Shown one piece after another: positions 44,313 to 56,361 of a stretch of 64,000 bases of DNA. The position numbers and the translations under genes are program-made. Origin of the DNA: an uncultured Gemmatimonadales bacterium (GTDB taxonomy: Bacteria > Gemmatimonadota > Gemmatimonadetes > Gemmatimonadales > GWC2-71-9); assembly GCA_963821525.1 (NCBI GenBank), contig CAWGED010000019.1, forward strand, positions 128,001-192,000, written 5' to 3'. Under the pieces are notes generated by a model. The model made no database searches. It saw nothing but the letters and a program-made list of their open reading frames with translations, and was not told the DNA's origin. How positions within the stretch are numbered: the stretch's first letter is position 1; every line of letters starts with the position of its first letter.

Positions 44313-44807
44313 CTAGCCGGTCAGCGTTCTCCGCGCCAGCACAGCGGCGGGCGTCTCGGCCGTGAGCCACGCCAGCTTGCGCCGGGCAAAGCCGACGAAA
44401 ACCTCAGCTGCCTTCTGATCGGTAATCTCGATGCTGCACCAGCGAAGCGGGCCGGTGCGGTGACCGCTCTGAATCGCGTCGCTGATGACCGAAGGGAGCC
44501 GGGAGATGGCGAGAGCCTTCCGCTCTTCTCCATCACTGAGGGTGAAGGTTCCCCCTACTCCGTTCTGCATGACGTGGAGCCAGCAAAGCTTCCGGCTTCC
44601 CGCCGCATACTCCCAGGCCCAACGCCAACTCGGGCCCATGAATTTGACCGATTCGGATACGCCCGGAAGCGCCAGGAGACCTTCCCTTACCTTGCGAAAA
44701 CGCGCGCCGATCGGACCGGGGAGGTCCCGGTACGGGGCGGAAGGCTTGGGTTCTTGGCGGGATTCGGGATAGAGATTGACGGCCCAGTACGCGGCGGATC
44801 GGCCCAC
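44313..44807 (-). CDS. Hypothetical protein (possibly DUF3788-like)
   Basis: Distal part of ORF 44313-45626; start inferred at a GTG. Confidence 0.5.
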   Translation of the reverse strand: MGRSAAYWAVNLYPESRQEPKPSAPYRDLPGPIGARFRKVREGLLALPGVSESVKFMGPSWRWAWEYAAGSRKLCWLHVMQNGVGGTFTLSDGEERKALAISRLPSVISDAIQSGHRTGPLRWCSIEITDQKAAEVFVGFARRKLAWLTAETPAAVLARRTLTG

Positions 44808-44851
44808 GTGGTTCTCTCCCGGTTGGCTTAGGTGAATCTTCGGCGAGAAAC

Positions 44852-45626
44852 CTAATCGGGGACCGGTGGGTGATCCAAGGGCGGGACCTGCACACCGCTT
44901 CGTTCGAGAAAACGGACTACCTCGATTCCCATCGCCCGGATCAGGGCCGCCTCCCGGCCGTCCAGGTCCGCCCGGTAGATGATTTCGCGGAAGGACCGCA
45001 TCACATGCTCGGCCTGGCGGGTCTTGAAGAAATCGATGCCCCAGAGGGCCCGCTCCCAGTCGGCGAAGAGCCGCTCGAGCAATCCGGACTCCGGGGCGCC
45101 TACCTGTTTGCGGGGCGGCTTTAAGGGTTGGCGTTCGCCGCCCGCCGCCAGGCGGATCTCGTAGCACATGATGGCCACGGCCTGGGCCAGGTTGAGCGAG
45201 CGGTACGCCGGATTGGTGGGGATGGTGACCAGGGCGTGACAGCGGTCCAGCTCGTCGTTGGTGAGCCCCTTGTCCTCGCGACCGGCCACGATCGCGACGG
45301 TGCCGCGATCCGCCCGGGCCATTAGCTCGGCAGCCGCCAGCGCCGGGGCGAATTACGGTGCGCTTGGCCGCGCGCTCCCGTGCGGTAAGAGCGACGACGT
45401 AGACACAGTCTTCTATCGCTTCCTGCAGCGTGTTGTGGATGCTGATGCTGTCCACGTAATCGGCCGTGCTATGCGCGATCCCCTCGATGCGGTACGGGTC
45501 GAAGATCGCCGGAGCAACGAGGCGCACCTGGCTCAGGGCGAAGTTCTTCGCCACCCGGACCGCACTGCCGATATTCACCACGTCCTGAGGCTCGACCAGC
45601 ACCAGCACCGGCGCCTGCAGGCTCAC
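44852..45626 (-). CDS. SPOUT tRNA/rRNA methyltransferase, TrmJ/LasT type (frame break near 45345)
   Basis: LVEPQ...NIG, GREDKGLTN.E, SLNLAQAV. Confidence 0.88.
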
Positions 45627-45632
45627 GCCGTG

Positions 45633-47120
45633 TCACTCCCCAAGAAACGAGGTGTCGAGCCGCTTCGCCTTGAGCGCCGCGGCAAATCCGGTCTTGTCGG
45701 CCGACTTGGCATACGCGTCTTTCGGCTCCACCATCTTTCTTCTCCACCAGCTCGATCAGCGCATCATTCAGGGTGACCATTCCCGCCTTGCGATTGGTCT
45801 GCATGATCGAGGGAATCTGGAAGGTCTTCCCCTCGCGGATCAGGTTGGCGATGGCCGGAATCGAGAGCAGCACTTCCTTCGCGGCAACCCGCCCGCCCCC
45901 GATCTTCGGGCAGAGCACCTGGGCGATGACGCCTTTGAGCGACTCGGAGAGCATCACCCGGATCTGCGACTGCCGGTCGGCCGGGAACTGGTCGATGATC
46001 CGGTCTACGGTCGAAGCGGCGGTGGTAGTGTGCAGAGTTCCGAAAACCAGGTGTCCGGTTTCGGCCGTCTCGATCGCGATGGAGACAGTCTCCAAGTCGC
46101 GCATCTCGCCCACCATGATCACGTCGGGATCTTCCCGAAGAGCGGCACGCAGCGCCTGCTTGAAGGACTTGGTATGGAACCCGACTTGCCGCTGGGTCAC
46201 GACGCACTTCTGCGGCGAATGGACGAACTCGATCGGGTCTTCGATGGTCAGGATGTGATCGGTCCGGGTACGGTTGATCAGGTCCACCAGTGCCGCAAGC
46301 GTCGTCGACTTGCCGGAGCCGGTCGGGCCCGTGACCAGGACCAGTCCCTTCGGCAGGTAGCAGAGCTTCTGAATCTCGGCGGAGATGCCGAGCTGCTCCA
46401 CGGTCTGAATCTGCGAGGGAATGACCCGGAAGACGCCCATCGGGCCGCGGCGCTCCACCGCCGCGTTGGCGCGGAACCGCGCGGTGTTCGGAAGCTCATA
46501 CGCCCAGTCCGCGTCACCACCCTCGCGGAATTCGTCGAGCTCTCTCGTGGCCATGATGCTGGTCAGCATCGCCTCCACTTCCTCGGCGCGGAGCTCCGGG
46601 CCCTCGTGACGCTCCAGCTCGCCGTCGCGGCGGAAGATGGGAGGTTCACCGGTGCGCAGGTGCAGATCGCTCGAACCAGTTTCTACAGTTCGGCGGAGCA
46701 GCTCCTCCATGCGTGCGCGCGCGTCAGACGCCGGTTGAGTTCGGAGCGAGGGAGTGATTTTCGGCTCCGGTGCGGGCGCTGCCGCACGGCTGATCCGTTG
46801 GTCGGCGTCGTGATAGAGGGCGGAGCCGTCCCGTCAGGGGGCCGGATTGTGGCGCTTCCCTTCGCCAGTTCGACGTCCACCTTCCCGCTCGGCGAGAGAT
46901 AGGCGAAGGCGGCGCTCGCCCCGTCGGTAAAGTTGGGTTGGAGCTGGCTCGGCGCGATTTCCTTGACCAGCATGGTCACCTGAGCCGCGGTCAGCGGTTC
47001 TTTGGTGACAGGACGAGTCGAGTCTCCCACCAGCAGGGAGGCCGGCTTGCCGGCGTGGAGCGCCAGGCTTCTGGCGCCGTGTTCATGCATGGCCTGGATG
47101 AACTTGTCGAGACGGGGCAC
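45633..47120 (-). CDS. pilT: Type IV pilus retraction ATPase PilT with extra N-terminal domain (frame breaks)
   Basis: SDLHL, GPTGSGKST, TIEDPIE, LREDPD, GEMRD, TLHT, IANLIRE. Confidence 0.9.
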
Positions 47121-47128
47121 TGAAATCC

Positions 47129-47593
47129 TCAGCTCAGGGGACGGGCGGCGCGGACATGGCTACGGTTCAGACAAACCGTGGTCTCGCCGACGACAAGACT
47201 GAAAAAGCGTTCGGGTGCATTCAGGTAATCGGAGGCACGGCTCCGGTTGGGCGGAAGCTCGGTCGCGGCAAAGCCGCGATACTCGTCACCGCCGCTCATA
47301 ATGACCTCGAGCCCAATGTGGAGAGCGGCGGATTCCCGCTCCGGATCCTGACTCATCGGACCCTGGTAGGCGAGAGCCGCGACCTGGGCCTTCGCCAGAA
47401 AGACGACCTCGCCGCTGGGCAACGAGAGGGGGAAGAAATTCTCCTCCCGGTTGAGCAGTTCGAGCGGGGTCTCCCGCGACTCGTGGAGCGCGGTGCTGGG
47501 CTGCAGGTGGAGGTCTCCATCGATGGTCATCCCCTCAACCATCAGAACCCGAACCTGCAGTCTTTCCGTTGCAGCCCACTGAGTAGATGCCAC
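47129..47593 (-). CDS. Hypothetical protein with two similar small domains
   Basis: LN..E.FF.L motif occurs twice; GGAG RBS. Confidence 0.65.
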   Translation of the reverse strand: MASTQWAATERLQVRVLMVEGMTIDGDLHLQPSTALHESRETPLELLNREENFFPLSLPSGEVVFLAKAQVAALAYQGPMSQDPERESAALHIGLEVIMSGGDEYRGFAATELPPNRSRASDYLNAPERFFSLVVGETTVCLNRSHVRAARPLS

Positions 47594-47602
47594 TGTCTCC
47601 TC

Positions 47603-48490
47603 CTAGCCTCGAATCTCGGCGCCCGCGTCCTGTTCCTGCAGGCGGATTGCTTCCATATAGTCAGCACCCTCGCCCAGACGGGCACGGGCTTCATTCAGCA
47701 GCTCGGACGCCCGGTGCAGCAGCGGAGATTTGATCCCCTGCTCCTCCAGGAAACGGCAGGCGATATCCACGTCCTTGGCCAGGAGTGCGAGGCGAAACGT
47801 CACCGGCCATGCTCCGGTCATTACCCGGTCGGGAACCAGCACCTCGCTCACGAAACTGCGACCGCTCGATGTGTTGAGGACATCGAGTGCCTTCCTGGCC
47901 TGAACACCAGCCTTAACCAGCCCTACCATTCCCTCACCGAACGCCAGGATGCCGACCGCGAGAAGCGCATTGTTGATCGCCTTCATCGCGTGGCCGGTAC
48001 CGACTGGCCCCATGTGTTCGATGCGCTTGGCAAACTGGGCCAGAATCGGCTTGGCCCGCTCGAACGTGGCATCGCTGCCGCCCACCATCACCGTCAGAGT
48101 TCCCGCCTCGGCGCCGTTGGTACCACCGCTCACCGGGGCATCGGCGAAATCCACCCCTTGAGCCTCCAGCTGCGCCGCGATCCGCACCGAAGCAGCGGGC
48201 TCGCCAGAGGTACAGTCAAGAAATAGTGCGCCTGTTCTGATTCCAGACAGTATTCCCTCGGGGCCTTCGAGGATCTGTTGCACCTCGCCCGAGTTTGGCA
48301 GGCAAGTGAGAAGGACTTCGGCATTCTCGGCCGCCATCTGCGGGGTTTGTGCCACGCGGGCTCCATGCGTCTGGGCAAATTCGACCGCCCGCCTCGCGGT
48401 GCGATTCCATACCGTAAGCTCATGGCTGCGCGCCAAATGAGCCGCCATGGGACGACCGATGGCACCCAGACCGAGGAAGGAGACTCGCAT
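47603..48490 (-). CDS. 3-hydroxyisobutyrate/tartronate-semialdehyde dehydrogenase family oxidoreductase
   Basis: GLGAIG.PMA, DAPVSGG, GTLTVMVGG, K..NN. Confidence 0.9.
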   Translation of the reverse strand: MRVSFLGLGAIGRPMAAHLARSHELTVWNRTARRAVEFAQTHGARVAQTPQMAAENAEVLLTCLPNSGEVQQILEGPEGILSGIRTGALFLDCTSGEPAASVRIAAQLEAQGVDFADAPVSGGTNGAEAGTLTVMVGGSDATFERAKPILAQFAKRIEHMGPVGTGHAMKAINNALLAVGILAFGEGMVGLVKAGVQARKALDVLNTSSGRSFVSEVLVPDRVMTGAWPVTFRLALLAKDVDIACRFLEEQGIKSPLLHRASELLNEARARLGEGADYMEAIRLQEQDAGAEIRG

Positions 48491-48603
48491 AAGTGGGCTA
48501 AAGGCTAAGTGCGGGGGCCCCGGCGTGGTAGCCGGGCGAATGGCCGAGGGTAGATTTCCCTGTCCGAGGAACGGAATTCACCCGCTATTCGCGTGGAGGA
48601 AAA

Positions 48604-49600
48604 GTGAGGTCGTCAATTTTGAGCGGCGGGACGGTGCTTGGGCTGCTGGCGTTTGCCCTGGCCTGTGCCCCGAAGCAGCAAGCCGGCAGAGAAAGCAGAA
48701 AACAAGGAGCCCGCGGATTCCAACACCCGGACTCTGGCCGTCATAGGGGGTCCCGGTTCCCATATCGAGGGAATCGCCGAACATGGCGGGAAACTGTACG
48801 TGGCGGACTGGAAGGACGCGGCGGTCTATCGCATTGATCCAGCGAATCCGGCGCCCACCCGGGTCGCCGTGCTTCCCGTACCGGGAGTCGGCATCCTCGG
48901 CGTCGCGGCCGATGACGCCGGGAATCTCTATTTCGCCGTCCCCGATTCAGGCCTTGTGCTGAAGGTCGCCGCAGACCGGATTGGCGCGTCGGACTTCAGC
49001 GCGACCAGTGACGTTACGAAGTTCGCCACCGGCGCAAAGGGAGCCAACGGTCTCGCATTCGATCATTCGGGACATCTCTGGATTGGTGGAGGAGAAAGTC
49101 ACGCCCTCTACCATGTAGGACCGAAGGGTGGAAAGGCGCAGGTCTTTGCGAAGGATTACTCCCCGATGAATCCCGACACCACCGTAGGCGTCCGGCCCTA
49201 CACGGTGAACGGTGTGGCGGTGGACTCCAAGGGGCTCGTCTACACAGTGAATACGGGAACCGGCGAGGTGAGCCGGCTCGAGGTCAAGCCCGACTACAAG
49301 CCGGGCAAGATCGAGAGTTTCGTGAAGGATGACCGGCTGATGGGCGCCGATGGCGTGATCGTCGACGGGCAGGACAACCTCTGGATCGCCTGCAACATCC
49401 GGAACGCACTGGTGAAAGTGACCCAGGCGGGAGAAATCAGCGAGATCGCGGTCAACGGACCGGGAGGCCCGATGCACTTCCCGGCCGAGCTCAAGGCGGC
49501 CGGCAACGCGATCTATCTGGCGAACCTCAACATGCCTATGGGGGCGAACGCCGGAACAACCGACTCGAGCGCGAGCGTCGTGGAAGTGAAGCTTCCGTAA
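48604..49600 (+). CDS. SMP-30/gluconolactonase beta-propeller lipoprotein (frame break near 48680)
   Basis: Lipobox ALAC; EGI, NGLAFD, NGVAVD, DGVIVD blades. Confidence 0.8.
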
Positions 49601-49622
49601 GAAGTCGGAGCATGGAGGCCTG

Positions 49623-50816
49623 ATGGCTGCACGAACGCTGCATTTGGACCTGGACGCCTTCTTCGTCGAGGTGTGCCGGCAGCGTCACCCGGAGTTGCGG
49701 AACGTCGAGTTCCTCGTGGTCGGAGGACGGCGAGAAGAACGGGGAGTCGTGCAGTCAGCCTCCTACGCGGCGCGGAAGTTTGGAGTTCGGGCGGGAATGC
49801 CGATCGCGGAAGCCGCGCGGCGCTGTCCTCAAGCGACTTTCTTTCGTGGTTCCTTCCGGCACTACCGCGACGCGTCGCGGGCGGTGCTGGCTGTCCTTCG
49901 CAGATACTCGCCGACCGTGGTGATGGCTTCGCTGGATGAGGCGTATCTCGATTTCACCGGGACCGAGCGGATGTTCCCCGTTTCGCTGCTGCCGGAGGCG
50001 GAGCGGATCCGGGATGCGGTGAAGCAGGAGACGGGACTCGATAGCAGCATCGGGATCGGCACCAACCGGATGATCGCGAAGCTGGCCTCGGATCAGGCGA
50101 AACCGAGAGGGCTAATGGAGATTCGGGCAGGCTGGGAAGAAGGATTCCTGGCCGGACTCCCGCTTCGCGCGTTGCCAGGTGTAGGACCCAAGACGGCCGA
50201 GCGCTGGGCCGGCTTGGGTCTCACCGAAGTCCGCCAGATCCAGGAAATGGAGCTGGAGAACCTGCAGCGGATTCTGGGAGACGGCGCCCGGGAACTCAAG
50301 CTCCGGGCGCACGGACATGGGTCCTCTCGCCTGAGCGCCGATCGGCTCCCCCGCTCGGTGAGCCGGGAGACGACCCTGTCGCGCGATGCCACCGATAAGG
50401 GCCGGCTGGATGCGCTGCTGGCGCTTTTCGTGAGCCGGGTAGCGGGTCAGCTGCGGGAAGAAGGGCTCGCCGCGCGCACCGTGGTCCTCAAGTTGCGGCA
50501 CGGCGATTTCTACACCGTTACCCGCCGGCATACGCTGGGCGAACCGACCTCTCTGGACAAGGAGATTCTGGTTGCGGCCCGGGCATTGTTCGATCGCGCG
50601 TTTGAGGATGTGATACGGAGGAAGAAGGGCGTCCGGCTGATCGGTGTCGCGGCGACCAATCTCGTAGAATCAGCCACCGAGGATCTCTTTGAGCCGGTCG
50701 AGCGTACAAGATTGCGGGAACTCACCACCGCGATAGATCAGGTGAGGAAGAAGTTCGGGTTTGATGCGGTAGCGACAGCGGAAACGCTGCCGCTCAGGAG
50801 ACAGGAGCGGGAATGA
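49623..50816 (+). CDS. dinB: DNA polymerase IV
   Basis: HLDLDAFF, SYAAR.FGV..GM, SLDEAYLD, AKLASD.AKP, GVG.KT. Confidence 0.95.
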   Translation: MAARTLHLDLDAFFVEVCRQRHPELRNVEFLVVGGRREERGVVQSASYAARKFGVRAGMPIAEAARRCPQATFFRGSFRHYRDASRAVLAVLRRYSPTVVMASLDEAYLDFTGTERMFPVSLLPEAERIRDAVKQETGLDSSIGIGTNRMIAKLASDQAKPRGLMEIRAGWEEGFLAGLPLRALPGVGPKTAERWAGLGLTEVRQIQEMELENLQRILGDGARELKLRAHGHGSSRLSADRLPRSVSRETTLSRDATDKGRLDALLALFVSRVAGQLREEGLAARTVVLKLRHGDFYTVTRRHTLGEPTSLDKEILVAARALFDRAFEDVIRRKKGVRLIGVAATNLVESATEDLFEPVERTRLRELTTAIDQVRKKFGFDAVATAETLPLRRQERE

Positions 50817-51519
50817 GATGGATTCTGGCGGCCCTGGTGCTGGTGGCCGCGACGACTACAGAGGCGCAGGCACAGCTCGCGCTGACACCGCAGGAGATTT
50901 TGCAGGCCTGTCAGGCTGGGGATTACCCGGAATGCGTCCACTATGCGGATTTGCTCTCGGGCGGGCGCGGAGTGACCCAGTCGAACGACGAGGCGGTGCG
51001 AATTCTGACCGGAACCTGTGACAAGGGCTACGCACCTGCCTGCACTCAGCTGGGGATCTGGAACGAGTCCGGCGTTCAGATGAACCCGAACCGGGAACGG
51101 GCCAACTCTTATTTTCGCCGCGGTTGTGAGATGGGCTCGGCCGAGGGATGTGCCAGGCTCGGCACCTCCTACGAGCAAGGCACGGGGGTAATCCAGAACT
51201 CCACCAACGCGGTTTCCTATTATCCCAGGCCTGCGGACTCGGCCGCCAGTCATCCTGCGTGAAGCTGGGTACGCTCTTTGAGAATGGCCAGGGAGTGAGT
51301 CAGGATCGGGGTCGAGCGGCGGCGCTCTACCTCCAGGCTTGTCAGGAGCTCGACGCCAACGGCTGTGTGCTGCTGGGGAACATGTACGAGAACGGGCGGG
51401 GAGTAGATCACGATCCGGATCGGGCGGCAGCGCTGTATCGCCGCGCCTGTGAAATCGGAAACGTCCAGGCCTGCCGGGTCCCGCTGCCGGGAGATCGCAG
51501 TACCTTCGAAAACCCCTGA
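50813..51519 (+). CDS. Secreted Sel1-like (Cys-containing) repeat protein (frame break near 51225)
   Basis: Signal peptide; repeated C..LG..Y..G.GV..D...A..LY..AC. Confidence 0.85.
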
Positions 51520-51525
51520 GGCAGG

Positions 51526-53231
51526 TTAGCGGAAGTCTTTGTCCTCGAAACGGAGTCCCACGGTTCCCGAAGTCCGGTCCGCCTCGGGCCCCAGGTTCTG
51601 GAAGGTGGCGCGGGTTCCGGCGGGCGTGTAGGCCTGCACGGTGCTATTGAGGAAGAGCGGCCAGTAGCCGACGTGAGCTCGGGTGGTGCCGGGAGGTATC
51701 GAGCAATTGCAGTCGGCCGCGCCCGCCAAACCTGAGTTGATGGTCACACCGAGAGCACCCGAAGTCATATTGGTCACGAGCGGGGCGAACACGGGCATCG
51801 CTCCGGCGCCCGCATCGACCAACCGATTGAGCCGGCCGCGAGGCCGCGCCTCTGTGATCGTTCCCTGCACATCGACGCCCATCGGCTTCCCGGACGGCGA
51901 TTGAGGACGCACCAGGAACCACTGGGCCGCCAGTGGTCGCCCGCGGCGGATTCTGACCGACGAGATCTCACCGGGGGCAATCTTGTAGGTCGCGCCATCT
52001 ACTACGAGGTTGATCGGCTCGATCAGCTGGTTCTCGACCGCGAGGACCGGCCCTCCGCGCGCAATCACCAGGAGCGCCGCTACACCAAGCAGCAGCACCA
52101 GGAGCAGGAGCGCTGGCCACCGCCGGCCACTCTTCGCTGCGGGAGGTTTGCTGACCACGGTTGGGGTTCCTGCCGCCGGCCGTTCGTGGCTGGTGAGTAG
52201 TACGGTTGAGTCCTGATTCTGAATCTTCTTGGCGACTCGTTCGGCACTCACGGTGCCCTGTGGTCCAGTGCTCCGTCCGCTATGGAGCGCCTCGGTCATG
52301 TCCTTGGCCGACTGGAAACGCTCGACTGGACGCTTGGCCATTGCCCGCACGATCACGTTGGACAGCCACATCGGGATCCGGGCGTTCTTGGTCGTGGCGA
52401 TCGGCACCGGCTCGCTCAAGTGCTTGCCGACGATTTCCTGGGACGATTCCCCTTCGTAGGGCGGCGCGCCGGTGACCATCTGGAAGAGCACCGCGCCCAT
52501 GGCATAGAGATCGGACCGGGCGTCCACGTCACCCTGCCCCAGCGCCTGCTCCGGACTCATGTATTGCGGCGTCCCCACGACGAAACCGGTCTGGGTGAAG
52601 TGCGCCACCTCGCCGTCCACCCGTTTGGCGATCCCGAAGTCCACCAGCAGCGGGCGGCCGCTCGAGGCCTCGATCATCACGTTGTCGGGCTTGATATCCC
52701 GGTGAACCAGGCCGCTCTCGTGAGCGTGAGACAGGGCATCGAGCAACGGCCGGGTCAGGGCGAGAGCGCGATCAGAATCCAGCGCCCCACGGGTTCGCAA
52801 CAACTCGGCGAGGGACTGCCCCTCGACGAAGGGCATGGCGTAATACACCAACCCTTCGCCATCTCCCACGAAGTGAATCGCCAGAATGTTCGCGTGATTG
52901 AGCCGAGCAATCGCTCGCGCCTCGTGCTTGAAGCGGTCCAGCATGCCGGCGGACCATGCGATGTCGGGCTTGAGTACCTTGACCGCAAGCCGCCGCTGGA
53001 GGTCCTTGTCCCAGACCTCATACACCTCGGCGAAACCGCCCTGCCCCAGCAGGCGCCGGACTTCGTACTTCTGACCCAGTGCCCGGGCGAGGCGGTCCTT
53101 TACCGGCACGTCGGTCGCGAACGACGTCGCCGCTGCAGCCGCCCCTGAATGCTCCTTGCCACAGCCGGGACAGAAGTTGGCCGTCGCAGGGATAGGAGTG
53201 CGACAGGTAGGACAGAGTATTTCAGGGGCAT
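51526..53231 (-). CDS. Ser/Thr protein kinase with N-terminal zinc ribbon and C-terminal extracytoplasmic domain (start approximate)
   Basis: CPTC...FCPGCG, GQGGFAEV, HRDIKPDN, DFGIA, GTPQYMSPEQ, one TM segment. Confidence 0.9.
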
Positions 53232-53278
53232 AGCATGAATCTGGGGGCGGGCGCGGGTCGGTGGTAGGGAGGGAGGCC

Positions 53279-53330
53279 CGTCGCCCCTGTCCCCGGCTCC
53301 GTCGCCTGTCGCCTGTCACCGGTCGCCTGT
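53279..53330. repeat. Heptamer array (GTCGCCT-like)
   Basis: gtcgcctgtcgcctgtcaccggtcgcctgt. Confidence 0.65.
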
Positions 53331-53362
53331 AATTTGAAACCACTTCTCCAGTGGCTCACGAT

Positions 53363-53886
53363 ATGACCGCAACTCGCCCGCACCGGATTACCCTCCATTC
53401 CTCGCCGAGCCGATCCACGTGAACTTTGGCGGCAAGGTTCACGGCGGCGCCGTCATGAAATGGATCGACCAGGCAGGCTACAGCTGTGCCGTCGGGTGGA
53501 CCGGGGACTACTGTGTGACCCAGTTTGTGGGCAGCATCTATTTCCTGCGGCCAATCCATGTAGGCGAGCTGGTGGAGATGCGGGCCCAGATCATCAGGAC
53601 CGGCACCACGAGTCTGCACATCGCGGTGGATGTTTACGCCGGAGATCCAATGGGGACTACCATGCAGCGCGCGTCGCACTGCGTGATCGTCTTCGTGGCG
53701 CTGGATCACCAGGGCAGACCAAAAGAAGTCCCCAAGTGGACACCAAGCTCGGCGGTGGATGGAGCGCTCGAGCAGTACGCCGTCCGCCTCCAGGAATTCC
53801 GCAAGCAACTCGATCAGGAAATGGAAGCTCGACTCAAATGGCTCGATGAACAGCGGCCAGACAACCTCTCGCGGGTCCATGCCTGA
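53363..53886 (+). CDS. Hotdog-fold acyl-CoA thioesterase (frame break near the 5' end)
   Basis: NFGGKVHGG..MKWID, F..PI.VG, RTGTTS, FVALD. Confidence 0.88.
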
Positions 53887-54501
53887 CCAGCGTCACGTGG
53901 GTGTGCTCGTCTTCGACGAGGCCGAGGTGCTCGATGTGGCCGGACCGTTCGAGGTGTTCTCGATTGCCGGCCGCCGGAGCGGCATTCAACCGTTTCAACG
54001 TGTCGCTCGTCGGAATCGGCAAGGGACCCGTCGCCATGCGGAGTGGGTTCATGGTGGAGCCGAAGTACACGATCCACACGGTTCCTCACATCGATGTGCT
54101 GCTGATCCCTGGGGGATATCGGCACCCGACGCGAGCTCGATAACCACGCGCTGCTGGGATGGATCAGAGGCCGCGCGGCCGAGGCCGAGTTGTTGCTCTC
54201 GGTGTGCACCGGGTCGCTCTTGCTCGCAAAGGCAGGATTGCTCGACGGGCTCGCCGCCACGACTCATCATGGTGCGCTCAACCTTTTACAGGACCTCGCC
54301 CCTTCCACCAGGGTAGATGGCCGCGAGCGTTTCATCGACAACGGCAAGGTGATCACCGCAGCCGGAGTCTCGGCCGGAGTGGATATGGCGCTGCATGTGG
54401 TGGAGCGGCTCCTGGGCGAGGAGCTGGCGGTGGAAGCCGCGCACTATATGGAGTGGCATTGGGACCGGAGCGTTGACCAATTGACCGATCAGGGGGTCTA
54501 A
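53879..54501 (+). CDS. DJ-1/PfpI family protein (frame breaks)
   Basis: EVLDVAGPFEVF, LLIPGG, SVCTG, TAAGVSAG.DMAL. Confidence 0.88.
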
Positions 54502-54571
54502 CGGATGTAACGCATTGCGGCGCCACGATTTATTCGATGGCCCATGGCAAAGTTGGCCTCCTATGACCCCG

Positions 54572-54599
54572 AAACCGCACCGGCATCCGGTGCGGTTTT
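54572..54599 (+). terminator. Intrinsic terminator after the DJ-1 gene
   Basis: aaaccgcaccgg-cat-ccggtgcggtttt. Confidence 0.6.
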
Positions 54600-54686
54600 G
54601 TCATTTGAAGCATTCAACAATTGTGGAAATATTCAATCAAAAGTGCATAAGTGCTGATAAAACTTTGCAAAATCTGCACATTCTTC

Positions 54687-54715
54687 TTGACACTTTGCAA
54701 ACCCAGCATTAGTCT
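54687..54715 (+). promoter_or_regulatory. glnA sigma70 promoter TTGACA-N17-TAGTCT
   Basis: Perfect -35, 17-bp spacer, AT-rich upstream region. Confidence 0.7.
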
Positions 54716-54894
54716 AACACCCAGGCGGCCGGAAGAGGGTCACACCCCGAGATTTTTCTCCTGAGCCGTGGGACTTTCACTCCCGCGCCCGACCTTCGCA
54801 TCGAGGTCACCACCCAACGATGCTGGCTGGGGCGAGCATTCTTTTTTGTAGATCGGCGAACGATTCCGCGTACCCTCACCTCTGGACGACATCC

Positions 54895-56357
54895 ATGGCC
54901 GCAACCACCAAACCCACAGCCGCCAAGCCTCGCTCGGCTGGCGAGCTGAAGCGCATCACCGACCTGATCAAAGAGCGCGGGATCAAGGTCATCGACGTCA
55001 AGTTCACCGACCTTCCGGGCACCTGGCAGCATTTCTCGATTCCCGCGGAGACGCTCGACGAGGACATGGTAAGGGAGGGGCTGGGTTTCGACGGGTCGTC
55101 TATTCGCGGGTTCCAGGCGATCAACGAGAGCGACATGCTGCTCATCCCGGACCTCTCGACCGCGTTCGTCGATCCGGTGCTCGAGGTTCCCACGCTCTCG
55201 ATCATCTGCGACATCTACGACCCGATCACGCTCGAGCCATACTCGCGGGATCCGCGCTTCATCGCCTTCAAGGCCGAGGAGTACCTGAAGACCACGGGGA
55301 TCGCGACCGCCTCGTACTGGGGGCCCGAAGCCGAGTTCTTCATCTTCAACTCGGTTCGGTTCGACCAGAACGCGCACGAGGGCTATTACCACATCGATTC
55401 GGATGAGGGCATCTGGAACTCCGGCCGGAATGGGACAGCCCAACGCGGGCCACCGGCCGCGGCACAAGGAAGGCTATTTCCCGGTCCCGCCGGTCGACCG
55501 GCTGCAGGATGTCCGCAGCAAGATCATGCTGGCGCTCATCGCGGCGGGCGTCCCGGTCGAGGTGCAGCACCACGAGGTGGGTACCGCCGGCCAGGCGGAG
55601 ATCGACTTCCGCTTCGGCCCGCTGGTGCAGACCGCCGACCGGCTGTTGACCTACAAGTACATCGTGAAGAACGTCTGCCACAACCTGGGCCTGACGGCGA
55701 CGTTCATGCCCAAGCCGCTCTTCGGCGACAACGGCTCCGGGATGCACTGCCATCAGTCGCTCTGGAAGGACGGCACGCCGCTGTTCTTCGACGAGAAGGG
55801 CTACGCCCTGCTTTCCGACACGGCGCGCTGGTATATCGGCGGCCTCATCGCCCACGCGCCGGCGCTGCTCGGACTCTGCGCTCCCACTACCAACAGCTAT
55901 CGGCGGCTGGTGCCGGGCTTCGAGGCGCCGGTCAACCTGATGTACTCGCAGCGGAACCGCTCGGCGATCTGCCGGATCCCGACCTATTCCGACAGCCCCA
56001 AGGCGCGGCGGGTCGAGTTCCGGGCCCCCGATCCCTCCTGCAATCCCTATCTCGCCTTCTCCGCCATGCTGATGGCCGGACTGGACGGGATCAAGCGCAA
56101 GATCGAGCCGCCCAAGCCGATCGACGAGGACCTGTACGAGCTCCACGACGAGCGGAAGTCGACCATCAAGATGGTTCCCGGCTCGCTCTCCGAGTCCCTG
56201 GACTGCGCTGGAGAAGGATCACGCCTTCCTGCTCGAGGGCGACGTCTTCACGCCGGACGTGATCGATACCTGGATCTCGATGAAGCGGACGAAGGATGTG
56301 GCACCGGTGTCACTGCGGCCGCATCCGTACGAGTTTTTCCTGTATTACGATGCGTGA
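54895..56357 (+). CDS. glnA: Type I glutamine synthetase (frame breaks near 55440 and 56205)
   Basis: [53 protein letters not shown]. Confidence 0.96.
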
Positions 56358-56361
56358 GGGT

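Noticed and set aside
54572..54599. GCAC...GTGC palindrome as an NtrC site for glnA
   Set aside because: Spacing is N9 rather than N7, and the perfect stem with T tail fits a terminator; no sigma54 promoter found
54726..54755. GGAAG plus short hairpin as a canonical glutamine riboswitch
   Set aside because: Flanking conserved elements were not recognisable by eye; kept only as an unexplained leader
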